Made by a program: the position numbers and the translations under genes
The notes under the pieces: model-generated
Told to the model about the DNA's origin: nothing
What the model saw: only the letters and a program-made list of their open reading frames with translations
Database searches by the model: none
Origin: Trichinella spiralis
Taxonomy: Eukaryota
Reading direction: 5' to 3'
NCBI RefSeq assembly: GCF_000181795.1
Contig: NW_003526941.1
Coordinates: 2,445,700 to 2,509,699, forward strand
DNA length: 64,000 nucleotides
Shown here: positions 26,043 to 39,901 of the stretch, one piece after another
Numbering within the stretch: the stretch's first letter is position 1
Layout of the letters: each line of letters begins with the position of its first letter

Positions 26043-26444
26043 TCAGATGGCAAAACTTTCCCCACAACCGCAGGTAGCTTTAATATTCGGATTTCGGAAA
26101 ACAAATTCCGTAGATAACCTTGTTTCAACGTAATCGATTTCAGAACCAATTATAGTAAGTAACGCCTTCGGTTCGATGAAAATGTGGACACCATTGAAAA
26201 TTACTTCTTCATCGGTATTTTCTTTTGTTCTAACATAATTCAACGTGTAAGAAAGTCCACTACAACCACGCTGTTTGACGCCAATTTTCAAACCCGCCAT
26301 TTCTGGCTTCTGCTTGAGATATTCACAAATCTTATTCTTTGCCCGGTCCGTTATGATGACTGGTACTCTGGTGTTGATCACCTTTTTAGCAGTTTTAACA
26401 ACTCGTGCCGATCCAGCTGTTTGGGAAAACCACCGATATAACAT
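26043..26444 (-). CDS. ISCA1: Mitochondrial iron-sulfur cluster assembly protein IscA1, single exon
   Basis: GVKQRGCSGLSY, IDYVE, FVFRNPNIKATCGCGESF and a basic N-terminal presequence. Confidence 0.95.
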   Translation of the reverse strand: MLYRWFSQTAGSARVVKTAKKVINTRVPVIITDRAKNKICEYLKQKPEMAGLKIGVKQRGCSGLSYTLNYVRTKENTDEEVIFNGVHIFIEPKALLTIIGSEIDYVETRLSTEFVFRNPNIKATCGCGESFAI

Positions 26445-26780
26445 GGCCTTGCTATAAAACGCTTACTATGACATTAAAGTATGTAATTTAAAACAATAAA
26501 TAAATACATAAGTACATATATACTTATGTATCGATGTACATGAGCATAAAAAAATACAAATCAATATAACTCATAATTCTTCAAGTAAATTAAAACAAAT
26601 ATTTGTCTTTTTTCTGCCTTTTATTAAAATAAAATTATCAAATCACAAGGCAATTACCATTAGAGATAAAATTAGATTATGAATATCGAAGTTTTTCCGA
26701 ATACCACACCTCAAAACAATAATTAAACGTCTTTTTCCACATTAGAAAGAAACAATGTGAAGATTAAAATGGCAAATCCA

Positions 26781-28245
26781 TTAGAATTCTGCTTCTCCCG
26801 AAGCGCGGTTAAACACTAGATCTTTACCATTAATATTCATAATACCATCTTTGAAAATAAATTTCCATTTATTTCGTGTGCGTGTAACCTGAATATTACA
26901 AGTCTGTAAGAATTAAATAAATTTCAAAGTAAAAATTACTTTTACCTTTTCGTACTGGCAGGCAGTAACATTATCAGATTCAAAAATTTCACAAGGATCA
27001 CCTACACTGATATCATCATCAGAATTTAATGGCTCCTAAACAGAAAAGAAAAAAAAATACAAACAAAACATAAAACACACTTCACATACTCCATCTTCAA
27101 CGGGTCCTGCATTTTCAGTGCTATCATCAACAAGGTTTACCAAATCGCATTCTTCATCATCAATTTCTTCCAATTCCTCTTCGCTGTCTGCAGCTGGTCC
27201 ATCAATTTGATATATAACTTTCTGCAACAACCATCAACGGTAAAACTGAGTAAATCAATGAATATTTAAAAAATAAATGCTTACACTGGCGGTGCTTCTT
27301 TCTGTCTTGACTTCCGTTGATGGCGTCGAACCGGTAACCTGGTTTACATTCTTACTGCTTACTACAGATTGCTGAACAGTCTGTGCAGTTCCACTAGCTG
27401 CCGTCAATATGTTCGAAGCAAAAAAGGCAGGACGTCCATGGATTGCTGCAGAGGCCGGTACAAATCTCACCGCTGTCCCACCTTTTAAAACATACATCAG
27501 TGCTTTATGCAATAAATCGCAAACAAGTGTCTTAAAACAAACCTCTCAAAGGTTGCACAACAAAACCGGGTGGATTATTTGTAAAGACTCCATGCGAGAA
27601 CGCTAAACTGCTTGGTAATGACTGTGTTAATTGTATCGGCTGTATCATTTGTTGAGTTATTGGAACCGCAACCGTCGGAGGCATCTGCATGAAATTGCTT
27701 CGCAGCAATGGCGCTGGCGGATGATCGTTGAAAGAATCAATTGCTTTTGTAGCCAAAACCTTTGATTCCCATACCTTAACAATGATTCACTAAGGTCAAC
27801 ATATATTCAATGTAACAAATAAACAACACAATAAAATAAAATAACATACACATTTAAAATAAACAAATAAAAAATTCGCCTTCTTTTAAGTATGTGATAA
27901 AAGTTTTCGACACAAAGTTATTCAAATTAAATAACATAAATTTCAAATAAAACGCTTAATACCTGTTGAAATTCAATATATTGAAATCAAACATATAATG
28001 ATGTCACTGAATTAAAATAAGAAAAAACAAATAAAACATGATGACTAAATTCACCTGCTTAAAATCTTGAAGAACCTGCTCATCGAGTCCTTCATCTAAA
28101 AAGCTTTCACGTGAAGCGTTGCATACTTCTTCAATTACACCTCGATAAATGCGATTCTGAAATGCAAATCAGCGTCAAGATAAGCTAGAAAAAACCATAA
28201 TAATAACAAGCTAACCACTGGATTGTTGTGATAAAATGCAGACAT
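26781..28245 (-). CDS. GTF2A1: Transcription initiation factor IIA large (alpha/beta) subunit, multi-exon
   Basis: IYRGVIEEVCNASRESFLDEGLDEQVLQDFKQVWESKV; taspase-type site QIDG; EPLNSDDD, CQYEKVTRTRNKWKF.FKDGIMNING...GEAEF*. Confidence 0.93.
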
Positions 28246-28377
28246 ATTTTTAGCAGCAACTGCGCCTTCAAATTTGCGTGCAGCTCATCAACACATACGC
28301 GCTGCGCAGAAGCCATAATGAAAGAAGCCCAAGGTAGACGCCATTGCTATCTTTAGTTTATATACCAATTGTGACTG

Positions 28378-28385
28378 TGACGTCA
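28378..28385. promoter_or_regulatory. CRE-type palindrome TGACGTCA in the divergent TFIIA/eIF3L intergenic region
   Basis: Exact 8-mer about 133 nt upstream of the TFIIA ATG; function not shown. Confidence 0.3.
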
Positions 28386-29006
28386 GTTTCAAGTAATACT
28401 GTAAGTTATCCTGCATGCCATTAATATTACTGTAGAATATGAAGTACTTTTTTTAAGTTATAATTTACTAAAAGTAAATTTGAAAACAGAAAAAAATGCT
28501 TTCGAACGAATGTGTCTTGTAACATAGTCCTTGAATAATTTTTTATGATACAAATTTTTTCAGATTTTTACACTTTTAAATTTTTAAGCAATCCTTTAGT
28601 TTTATAATATATTTTACTCAAAATTTTATTTTTTACATAAATAAATGCCTAATCGTAATTTATGCAATACTAATCATGAACATAATGCACAATTAGCTTA
28701 ATATTAAAGTACCATTATCTTGGAATTTCAGCAGATAATAATCTTTTAAATTAAAAAAAACTATTTCAGTTAATTCTAAAATGAAAAGGAAAATTATTTA
28801 AAAAAAGCACACTGCATTTGATTAATTATAAAATCGTCGCTGTTAAATTTGTTGCGATAATTATTCTTTTGAATCACACAAAAAATACAGTATGACTGTG
28901 AATGTGTCAGCCGCAGTTTTGCAGTGCAGACAGAAGCTCCTGTTGATTATCGTTAATTTAACTGTAAACTGACTTTGATATCTAAATTTATAGTTAGTGT
29001 TTAGCC

Positions 29007-31578
29007 ATGTATCGAGATGATCCAAGAGAACCTGCTAATTTTGGAAGACGTGATATGGATTATTCATCTGGAAAATACATATTGGTATGTATATAAGTTT
29101 CTTAATTCTTTATAGTTATTTTTATTTTTATCAGACAAATGGTCAAAGTATAAGCCGTATGGAATCTTATTCAAGTAGTGCAGTTCCAGAAGAAATGCTT
29201 GATTTCTTGAAAGTTCTGAAACGTGCAATTCGTGATCAGAACGTGGGTGAAATTCATTCGCTCTACGAATATGGGTTTGAACTTTGTGATCATGTTTTGT
29301 TTTATTAGAATATTTATAACCTGTTAGATTTTATCTAATAGATTTTTTGAAGTAACCGATAAATATTATCGAAGTCGAAATTTGCCTGATGAAGATGTAG
29401 TTAGAAAACTGCTGAATTGCGGTATAGAAATTTATTGAAACATTGGTTGTTGTTGCTATAACTGTTTCTTTTATTGATGCAGACTTGGATTCACAGTGTG
29501 ACGAAATATTTATTGCACTTTATAAAGATTTATACTATCATTTTCTATATGACCGATTTCACCACGAACTAACTATTGAACAACGATGCGCATCGTATAT
29601 GAACTTCATGACATTATTTGACATGCTGTTGAAATCAGTAGAACCACTGAAACTAAATTTACCTGACATCTGGCTTTGGGAAATGATTGATGAATTTATT
29701 TATCAGGTTTTCTTTCAATTATAGTTTTGTGAAATTCTTTATATAAGTAACCAATTACTTTCTTTCCCAGTTTCAATCATTTTGCCATTTTAAATGCAAT
29801 CAAAATAAAATAACTGCCAAAGATTTGGAAGAATTACAAGCTTATCAAACCCCTGTAAGTGAGAAATTTAACGATTTGCCAATATCTTTACAATATTTTA
29901 TGACTTCATAGATATGGAATTTCTACGATGTAGTTGGAGTGTTGTATTCAATGGCTAGAAAACCTCGAGTCGAAAAACAGCTTTATGCTTTGAAGAATCA
30001 ACGTATGTTGTAAAAATAGAATCAAGTTTTCAACGTATAATGAAATACTTACACTTTTAGAAGAATACCAACCAATCTGTGCTGAGATTGAATACCATCC
30101 GATGTACTTCAAATTCGGCTACTTTAGTCTTATTGGACTTTTGCGCTTGCATACACTTCTTGGCGAATATTCCCAAGCGTTGACAATTGGTCGAAATATA
30201 GAATTTCATGCTCTGGTAAAATTATTGTTATTGTTGTATATATATTATATATTAGAATTGCATATATTTGAAAAAGTGAAACAGTTGGATTGTAGTTTGA
30301 CTCTTGAGAATGTCCAACTTATAGGGACTTTACAATGCAGTTCCTTCTTGCATGGTAAGCCTACATTATTACAGTGGCTTTTGCCACATGATGATGCGCC
30401 AGTACAAAGATGCAATCAAGCTTTTTGTCGACTGCTTGCTTTACATACAACGTACGCGCTCGTTGACTAACCAAACAGCATGGCGATATGATGTGGTTAG
30501 TTTTCATTAGCTAATATTGTCAGTAAACGTTCTGTTGTCATAAACAGTATTTTTTAGGCTACAAAAACTGCTGAGCAGATATACGAACTGTTGGCTATTT
30601 GTTTGGCTCTTCAACCGCAACGTATTGACGAAAGTATCCAAGCAGAGTTGACAAAAGCGATGGGTGAGAAAATGACCCGAATGCAGCGCGGGTATCAATC
30701 TCTTCCTCTATCTGTGAGAAAAAACATGGAATAATCATATTCTCCTTTATACAGAGAATTGGCGGATTTTGAGAGTGCTTTTATTGTTGGTTGTCCAAAA
30801 TTTTTAGTACCAACTCTGAACCGAACCGAAGCAGGTCCCAGCTCATTCAAGGTTCTTTTCCACTTATTCAGTTTAAGCAGTATTTGTGTAAAATGATCTT
30901 CTAAAACAGGAACCACTGTTGCGGGAATGCCGAATATTTCTCGAAGAGGTGAAACAACAAAAAGCGATTACTATACTTCGAGGGTATAAGTTCAGTTACT
31001 TTATCTGATTGTATCTTTGTGCTGATAATCATTGTTGTTTTCTAAAGATACATGAAGCTGTACAGTACAATGGATATGGCCAAGTTGTCGTCGTTCATGG
31101 AAAAAGACAAGGAAAATCTGGTCTCCGCCCTGCTATCATTTAAAGTATATGTTTTAGAGGATGATTCTCTTCGGCAAAAAGTATAAAATGTCTTTCTTTC
31201 CGCTACTTTAGCACAAGATGTCCGATCAAACGAGAACACTAACCGCCGAAGAAGACATACCAAACGATATTGATTTTTACATCGATATGGTATAAAAATT
31301 TGCTTCTTATAATGAGTATCAATTGTGGGATTGTTTTTCTGTTTTCCATAGGATATGATACATATTGCAGATACGAAAGTGGCACAGCGTTATGGTGAAT
31401 ACTTTATCCGCCATGTTCAAAAGCTCATCCAGGTATTTTATTCATGTGATAAATGCAATTCAGTGCGAAGTTATTAATTTCTGATCATCCATTTCTTCAG
31501 TTGAACCAAAATTTGCCGAAACTGAGCAGCCGATCTTTCAAAGCTAGATACGTAGAAATGCGTGACAACAGAAAATGA
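29007..31578 (+). CDS. EIF3L: Eukaryotic translation initiation factor 3 subunit L, multi-exon
   Basis: LPDIWLWEMIDEFIYQFQSFC, FGYFSLIGLLRLHTLLGEY, PQRIDESI, GCPKFL, YMKLYSTM, DIDFYID.DMIHIADTKVAQRYGEYF. Confidence 0.94.
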
Positions 31579-31743
31579 ATTTTCTTCTCCTTTATATACA
31601 TGTCAGATAGATGACGGATGGGTGATATTTATTAATAAAACATCATAATAAAAACCAGTGCTTCAGTGAAATTCTGCAAACTTTGGTCCCCGTGTGGTGT
31701 GGGTGTATTGTTGAGTTGTGAAAATACAAACTCGGCCGGCATA

Positions 31744-34700
31744 TCATGTTGAAGAGAAAAATCGACGTTGAACATTGAAAGGGAGTAGTAATTCATCATT
31801 GACATCGTGGGTTTGTGAGTAATGGTCACCATGACCGTCGACTTCGTAATGGACACAGGTGACCATCTCGGTGACGGTCTTGTAAACCGCACGCTCAACA
31901 TCGTCCTCCAAGCCATGCGTATCCGAATAATGATGCTTATTTGGACACTGGTGTCGAGCTCGTTGTCGACACTTCAAAGCCGTTCTTCGTTCGTTGCTCA
32001 ACTCGTAGTCGACAAAGCGGACTATGTCTGTCAGCACTTGACGAACAGCGCTTTGTACGACGTCACTGTTGGTCTGTGCATTTGCTGGGCTGCTGCTGCA
32101 CATTGGCTTTTCCGCCAGTTCAATTTGTTCGGCCCGCTGCCGTTCTTGGGCGTTGGCCCAAGCTCGGTTCCTTTCGCAGAAGACCTGCAACTCTTGGTAC
32201 CGACGCTGGAAATGAGAACCGTATCGTTTGCTGCGCGAACGTGAACACTCGTAACAACTGGGGTCCAAGCTAAGACTGACCAATGAACTGTTGATGCGCA
32301 GCGCAGCATGCAGTGCTAACAAACCTGCGGTTTTGATTCCGGGATTTCTCCTCAAATCCAAGCTCATTAACGATTTACTATCGGCAAGACATTCGGCAAG
32401 CGCAATTGCACCTGAAACAGCAAATCAAAATTCATTACAAGCAACTGCGCATAACCATAATGTAAATAAAGAAAATTATCAACAATATTCATTTAAATTT
32501 TAATCTTCTTCTTCTTATAACACGGATAGTAAAAAGAAAAACAAAATACTGATTATTATTACCGTATACAGTGTGATCCTAATGAAAAATACAATTCAGA
32601 CCTGGACAAGTGATTTGTGTCGCTTGGAGAAACAATTTTTCCAAACTTTTGCTTTTGATTAATGATTCTTTAAACAAAGTCATGCCTTCATTGCCGATAG
32701 TGTTCTGGCTTAAATCCAGACAACGAACAGTTCTGTTTCCAGCCTAATAAAACAAAACAATATTATAAAAAAATAATTGAAACACCGATATTATTACTAT
32801 TTACCAACATCGATACAATAAAAGCTAGCCCACTGGCGGTGATTTTGTTGTTCCGCAAGCACAGTGACGCCAAACGGCTACGTTTCACCACTTCGGCATG
32901 TTTAAGAGCATCGCAAATATGACCTACTCCAATGTCCTCGAAAAAGTAAAAAGTTTATTTGAAAAATAATAATTATAAATGCATATACTTCTAAACGATT
33001 CGATCTCAAATCCAACACTTCCAAACTTCTGTTGGCGAAGAGCAAATTGAATAAACTAATACCGTCTACAGGTGACAAGCCGTTCTCACCCAAATACAGT
33101 TCACGAACGACATTGTTAACACGCAAAGCACCAGCTTAAACATAGAAAAGAAAGAAAGAAGTTAAGAGAAAACCAAAAAAAAATATCCATCCGCCCATCC
33201 ACTAACACACCCATGAGCATACCTAAAAGCATCAACGATTTTCCACCAAGAGAACATTTCTCCAAATTTAAGCACGTCAAACTCATTTGCACACGAAGCA
33301 CTCGTGCCAGTGCAGTTAATGATCGTTCATTGACGGAAGTGTTTCTCAAATATAAACCTTTTAAACTTGAACTCTGCAAGAATAACAACAGCAAAAGCAA
33401 CCACAATAAAGCCATGTATAAAACATTCAGTAATAATAATTCAGTAATTAATTATTGTTAAATTACCCTTCGCAGCATGCGAAACAGCTCTTGCCATCCC
33501 CATGGACCTACACTTTGATTGTAGGAGAGATTCAAATGATGCGCTGAATTGTAAAATTCCAATATGTCCGACAATGAGCTTAGAGCAGCATCATCCAAAG
33601 AACAATTTTCAAAATCAACAGAATGAAAGCGAAAAAACTTGAACACTTCTTCCAAACAATCAATCTGCGCCTGAGTCACTTTTTCGCCTAAATAAATAAT
33701 TTAAATCTCTTATTTTATATGAAGCAAAAAATAATAAAATATTCAACATATTGTGCAAACCTCTCAAGGTAAAACTTGGCAATCGAACTCGACTTTTGGA
33801 ATTTAATTCCTATAACAATGTGTTCAATTTTACATTAGACTTTTTCCAAAACTACAAGAAAAATTAATGAAAATTAACAACAGTAATAATAATTACTAAT
33901 GAAGAAACTTCAAAATTTTCGCAAAATATTTTCAACAATAAAAAGTGAAACAACAATTTCATAAATTTGAGAAATATAGAATCATTTTAGCATTACTGAA
34001 CCAAATTTTGGAGAGAATCTACGTAAAGTCAATAGTGGAGATCAATTTTGCGCCATAATTTTACACATATTGCAATTATTATATAGCTATAAACGCAAGG
34101 GCAATTTAGAATTGTAATGTCATTCCTCAATATCGGTTATTCGTTCTCTCGTTCCCTTTAACAAACTGTTACAAATTACACAACCCAATTTTCCATTTAC
34201 AACGCAAAATAACATTCAGAAGCTTAATTTAAAAAAATAAAATAAAAATACTTGAATTTGAGCTTCTGCTTTTTTGCTCGGCTGAATACCAGCTTTGGAG
34301 CATGCATGTCTGTAAGCACTGAGAATTTCCAAACTGCTTGGTGAATCAACATCATCTGATTCTAAAGAAAACAGTAAAGAAACAACCATGGAAATAATAA
34401 TTATTCAGAAACTTCATTTCAATTGTACACGCGAACAATTAAATTCGCACAGAACATAAACTACAGTTTGCAATTATAACTATATAAAGAAAATATTATA
34501 TAATCATCGACGATTCAACCAGTCAATCAAGTTAAAAAGTTACAATAATTTCTATTTTAAAATGATAATAAGAAATTATCTTTTTCGATTAATAAAGTAG
34601 TAAAGAAACATAAACTTGCCAAAATGTTTTGGTCTCCACGGTTCATGGTATTTGACGACTACAAGAGAATCGTCGTCAAGAAATCTCACGCTTTTACGTT

Positions 34701-35004
34701 TTATATTTTTTCTCATAGATGAATCAGATTCCGCTGGCTTGGAATTATCTGCCGACTCGTCGGCATCGCTGGACAATTCGAAATGGACGTTGCTTGAACA
34801 GCATGCTTCGGACGAAGACGATGATGCCATGGCAACGTTGGGAATCTGGTGACCATCGGTAGGGTTGTTCAAATTCGACGGCGGTGGCACGTGAACTGCC
34901 GGCTCTGTGGGCAAGCTGGATAAAGAGGAACCTTGCAGAGCATCACGCAAGCTTGACAACAGTTTAACAGTCATGTCCGATCCAATGTTGCGAAAAAAAT
35001 TCAT
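31744..35004 (-). CDS. PPP1R37: Protein phosphatase 1 regulatory subunit 37 (LRRC68)-like: RVxF motif plus RNI-like LRRs, multi-exon
   Basis: KRKSVRF..D...EPW PP1-docking motif, AYRHACSK, LEEVFK, LSDILEFYNSAHHLNLSYN...GWQ and many LxxLxLxxN repeats. Confidence 0.8.
34362..34619 (-). other. GC-AG intron in the PPP1R37-like gene
   Basis: CAT TTT G|gcaagt...tttag|AA TCA GAT; the neighbouring GT sites are phase 2 and lead to a stop. Confidence 0.7.
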
Positions 35005-36188
35005 AGAGATGATGTCAGCCTGAAAAACAGCAAAAGAGAAGAAGATGTGAATCAATCATCATAAATCAAACTTACCTGTACACCCGCTTTGCATTACACA
35101 ATCAAAAATTTGGCGGACAGCTGATTCAACAACAAATAAAAAACAGTAAATACGAATTTAGTAAAACATCAATCAGCCGCTCTATAACAAAATCAACAAG
35201 TAAACAACTCTGCTTGATTTGAATTACTGAATTCTTGGAAAACATCAACGTATTTTTAAATTACTTGCAATTATTTCAAAGCTCAAATAAATCAAACGAC
35301 AACAAAATGCGCAATTTTTAAAACTAATTCAAAAATAGTACAGTAACAATTTACATAACAATATGCAAGTATGTTGACAGTAAATTTCACAGTAAACAAC
35401 TTTACAAAAACGTCAACGGTCAATTTCTTCGCTTCATTTACATACAATTTAAAAATGTCAAGTTACTTCTTACGAATACCAATTTTTTACGCGAATTTTA
35501 ATCAGAAAATATCACGCACAATTTCTACGTCAGTTTATTTAGAAATAACTGATTCAGAATACAGTAACTTTCTACTTGATTTATGTTTTATTAAATTTTT
35601 TTCCTTCGAGCATATATAACTGATTTATTTACTCTTCGCCATCCTAAAAGCAACCAATTAAAATAGCATAAAAACAAATTAATGCATTGCAATAAAAGAA
35701 TTGCTCAAATGGTCTATTTCAAACCTGATGAGAATTCAAAGGTGCAGCTGGTTGATCTAAATTTTGAAGTGTCGGTAATGTTCAATATAAAACAGTGAAC
35801 AATTCAAAAATAAAATTTCTTTATTGCAAATTACATCTTTCAAAGATACAGTAATAAATTGACAGTCAAGTACTATTAATGAAGAAATTATATTATTCAG
35901 TTAATTTGTCGAGTAAATTTGGGTGTTCCACCTCACTTGCCGACAAAAGTTTCCATAAGAAATGAAAAGTAATACTTAATTGCCTATTATAATATTGTTC
36001 TCATTTATTTTCTCCAGCGGCAAGTAATTGAAATATTGCGAAGCATAGCAAACTGCAAACGACGTGCAATTTAAAGAAGAAAAAGTACACGCATCCAACG
36101 GGTGTCAAGATGCAAACATTAAATACAACTTGTTATACTTTCAAAGCTAAAATCAGTCTAACGAAAATCAGCTGTGGCAAATGAAAAT

Positions 36189-36927
36189 TTAGCTTGGGCT
36201 ATTTTCAGACTGACTTTCGCTTGAAATTTCATTTTCGCCAACTTCCACTGCCTGAATAGTGACATCGTTGGCAGTGGTTGCAGTTTCAGTGCTCATGTTC
36301 GCTTTTAAAGCCCACCAAACTTCACCCAAAGCGCGCGCAAAATGGTCGTCCACGGCAAGGCTTGGCTGGTCAGGTGCCGATGATTCACTGCAATGCCTAC
36401 CTTTCACCTCGGCTTCGTTGAGCAAAAGCGGATTAAAGCTCAAAGATTTACGAAAATGCTCATCTACGTCTGGCAATTCCGACTGGTTGAAATTATGATC
36501 TAGAAGAACAAAACACAGAGACTTTCAATTAATTACCATCTTGAATTGAAAATAGTCTGTTACTGCTGCAAAACTCACCCTGAGTTTGGATCACTGAAGG
36601 CCGAGCTTCGATTACTGTCTGTCCAGAAGATGCTTGAGAATCATTCCATCTAGCACTTTTTTTTGACAAATCCAACGGCTGCAAACGTTCCGAACATGCT
36701 TCGCCTGTGGATCTCATGCTAGAACTGCGAGAACAACTGGCGCCACTTTCCATACCATCATCTTCACCATCGGATACATCAACAACATTGATTTCTTCAT
36801 CATCTTCACTGAAAATTATTCAAATCAAATTATTTTCGAACATACAAAAAAATTTACTGTACTTTTCATGCCGTTGTTCTGGATCTTTTGTCACCGCAGA
36901 CAATGATCCATTGAGACAAAATGCCAT
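36189..36927 (-). CDS. VGLL4: Vestigial-like 4 / Tgi-like TEAD cofactor with two Tondu (TDU) motifs, 3 coding exons
   Basis: DVDEHFRKSL and VDDHFARALGEVW (TDU consensus V(D/E)(D/E)HF..(S/A)L), plus PLDLS and RPSVI motifs. Confidence 0.85.
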
Positions 36928-39901
36928 CACGTCAGCCAGGTAATTTTCAACAAACAATAATCTAAAATTAACAAATACCGATTCAAATCATCGTCACAGA
37001 GATGAAAAAATTGACCAGAATTCAATGATTTAATAAATAAATAATAAAATACTGCGAAAACACGAAAAATTACAATTGGCTAAAGAAGGGTTGTTTGAGA
37101 GAAAATAAAAATAATTTGTACCCGCCGTCTGATGAAAAATGAAGAATAGCAGATGTAGAAGAAGAAGAAGAACAGAGTAAATCAAAAATTAGGCCTATAC
37201 AAGTGTCTATCCCAAATTTTAAAGTAGTCGGCCCAGTTCGCTGATGAGTGATGGAAACAGATCGGTTCAATGGAAAGCATGTCCTTGGGCAGCTTTGTGA
37301 AAATCATTTCTAATCGAAAGCGGATCATTCAAGCCGCCTATTATTAGCACCGACTGAATGGCGGCTAGCAGTCAGTTTGGGATGTGAATGTGCAGCAACG
37401 ACAGGCGCCGCAAGAAAAATGCGAAACATGCAGCAGCCTCGGCTAGACGGCCCTTTTGAGTGGAGTGCTTTTTGGAATATAATGCCGTTCAACCGACGCC
37501 AGCTGCGCAACAATCGACCTGACAAACCGTTGGCAAATGATTCACATTCCACGGTCAGCTAGGCCAGAACTGCCCAACGGCTCCGTCGACCCTGAGAGCA
37601 GCTTTTTCAATAGCTGTCCACCGGCACTGGCGCCACTTGTTCAATGAAATACTTTTCCAATAGCCACAAGTAAATTTGGACGAAAATCGAAAACGACAGT
37701 TGACTCAGCAAACAGAGAAACAATAAATTCAGCATATTGTAAGCAGAAAATTAAAAGTGGAAATCGACCAGCACGTTCACGATTCAAGATGGACTGAAAA
37801 TGCTGCTGCACAATTCGACCAACAAACCGACAAATTTTTCAAAGTAGAACGTCAACAATAAACTGGACAACAAATAGAAGCCACAGACTAGCATTTTTGC
37901 AAACCAGTTTTAAATTTTCATGGTTTTACTATATTTTTAATTTTAAATTATCCCAGAGTTTAAAAAATAAGAAAACAAACTATCCTATAGGACTAACGAT
38001 AGCACAAAATGAATCGTTTATCGCTTGAGAAAGCAAAAACAACATGCACTGCTCACTTGCGCGTTGTTTCCTCGCTTGCGGTGTTTTCCCTTTCATTTCT
38101 CGAATGCCCCATCTACCACAAGCTAATCTATTTAACATTTTTTGCATTCCTATTCCAATTTAGAAAGAAACAAGTATAACAAAAAGCAAATATGAATACA
38201 AATGAATGCTAATAAAAAAATTTGAAAACTAACGTGCAGCTAGAAATGACGAACAAAATACACAAAGGTACACTGAATGCAACAATCAGGCGACGAAAAG
38301 AATGCTTAAGATGCTTTCGGCGAGAGACAAGCAACGTCACGGCTTTTTTCCTGCACGCGCACTTTCAATACCGATATTGATTAATCGCCGTTGGCCGGCA
38401 ATGAATTAGCTGCACGCAGCGCAATTGAGGCCGCAAAGCTTACGCTTGCCAAACGCGCAAAGAATGAAAACAATGCAAAAAGGAAATAAATACGTAAGAT
38501 GCATGCAGAAGCTTATTGAGAGCATGGGGAGAAAATGATAGAAAAAACTTTTTAAACAATCAAAAATACTTATTGTATTCTGTTCATTTGCTTACTAATG
38601 GATGAGATTGAACAAGCAGAAGAGATCGAACGCTGAAAACCACCTCACGAGATCTGCACAGCCAATTTCCAAACAAAGCCAGTACAATAGAATACAGTAA
38701 GAATTATTGATCATGCGGGAAGATGATTTGGTGTGCAGGTGTAAATAAAATAAACAACAACAACAATTTAACTAAGATGATTTTAAGAACAATTTGAATT
38801 AAATTCACAACTTAATAAAAATCATCCGACCATTTTGATTTAATCTTTGAAATAAATATTAATTACAAAATGGTAGTTATTTGTTTTATTCCAAATATTC
38901 AAAATTTATTGTATTAAATTATTAATTTCAACTAAAAAACATATGCAAATAATAAAAATAGTAATTCAACATTCACATTTAATAAATAAATTGAAAACAA
39001 CTTAAACCGAAACCACAGGAACAATTTAGAAAATTATCAAACGGGAACTTGGCACCGAATCACTACAGTTGGCAAGCGTTTTCAATGAATGATTATTAAT
39101 TTTAAAAAAGTATTCAAGCGACACCGAATAAAAGACGAAAATTGATTGCTTCAGAATTGGTACAGTGTAATTTCAATTACAAAATTTACTGTACTGTTGC
39201 AGGTAAACTGACAATCAAGTTAAGTGTTGACTCATTTTTTATGAAGTATTTTATATTGCTCATATGCTTAAATTTTTAATCACAAATACCTAAATAAAGT
39301 GAGACTTTCTTTTTGATTACATAACAATTTGAATATTTTCCATTAATGCATGCACTAAAAATGTTCTGACTAGTCCACATGAATTGACCTTCTGATGTGA
39401 GGTGAAACTTAAAAATTTACTGCACCTAGTTTCGAAAGTCTTTTTTTTCAATTTTATTATTTGAACGTTTCCGATGTAAACTTATTGAAATTAACGCCAC
39501 TAATGTAATCAGACGTTTTAAATTTCATTTTGTTGCGATGTAAATGTTCTAGTTTTAATTGTGCTATGAACATTTCCACTTTTACAATCATCTGCAAATA
39601 AAACTGACCAACTGACTATAAGGTCATGCATATGACCATGTCAAGTTTACCCTTACAGTGCAACTGTGAATCGACCCCGTTTTCATCACTTACATCACAT
39701 GTATTTGAACAAATATTATTAATTTAACACCTTGAAATGTGAAAATAAAATTACTGTTAATATGAATGTTAATATTAATATAAAATAATATTTCAAAAAA
39801 ACAAAATAAATAGCAATTAGAAACGAATACATATGAATGACGACAATTGCTTCTTCCAGGCAATAACAGTAGATAAGACACTGCATGAGTAACAACTGTG
39901 T

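Noticed and set aside
34010..34150. GAGAGAA/TTCTCTC-closed stem in a long PPP1R37 intron
   Set aside because: Internal pairing is patchy and no box motifs were found, so it is too weak to call.
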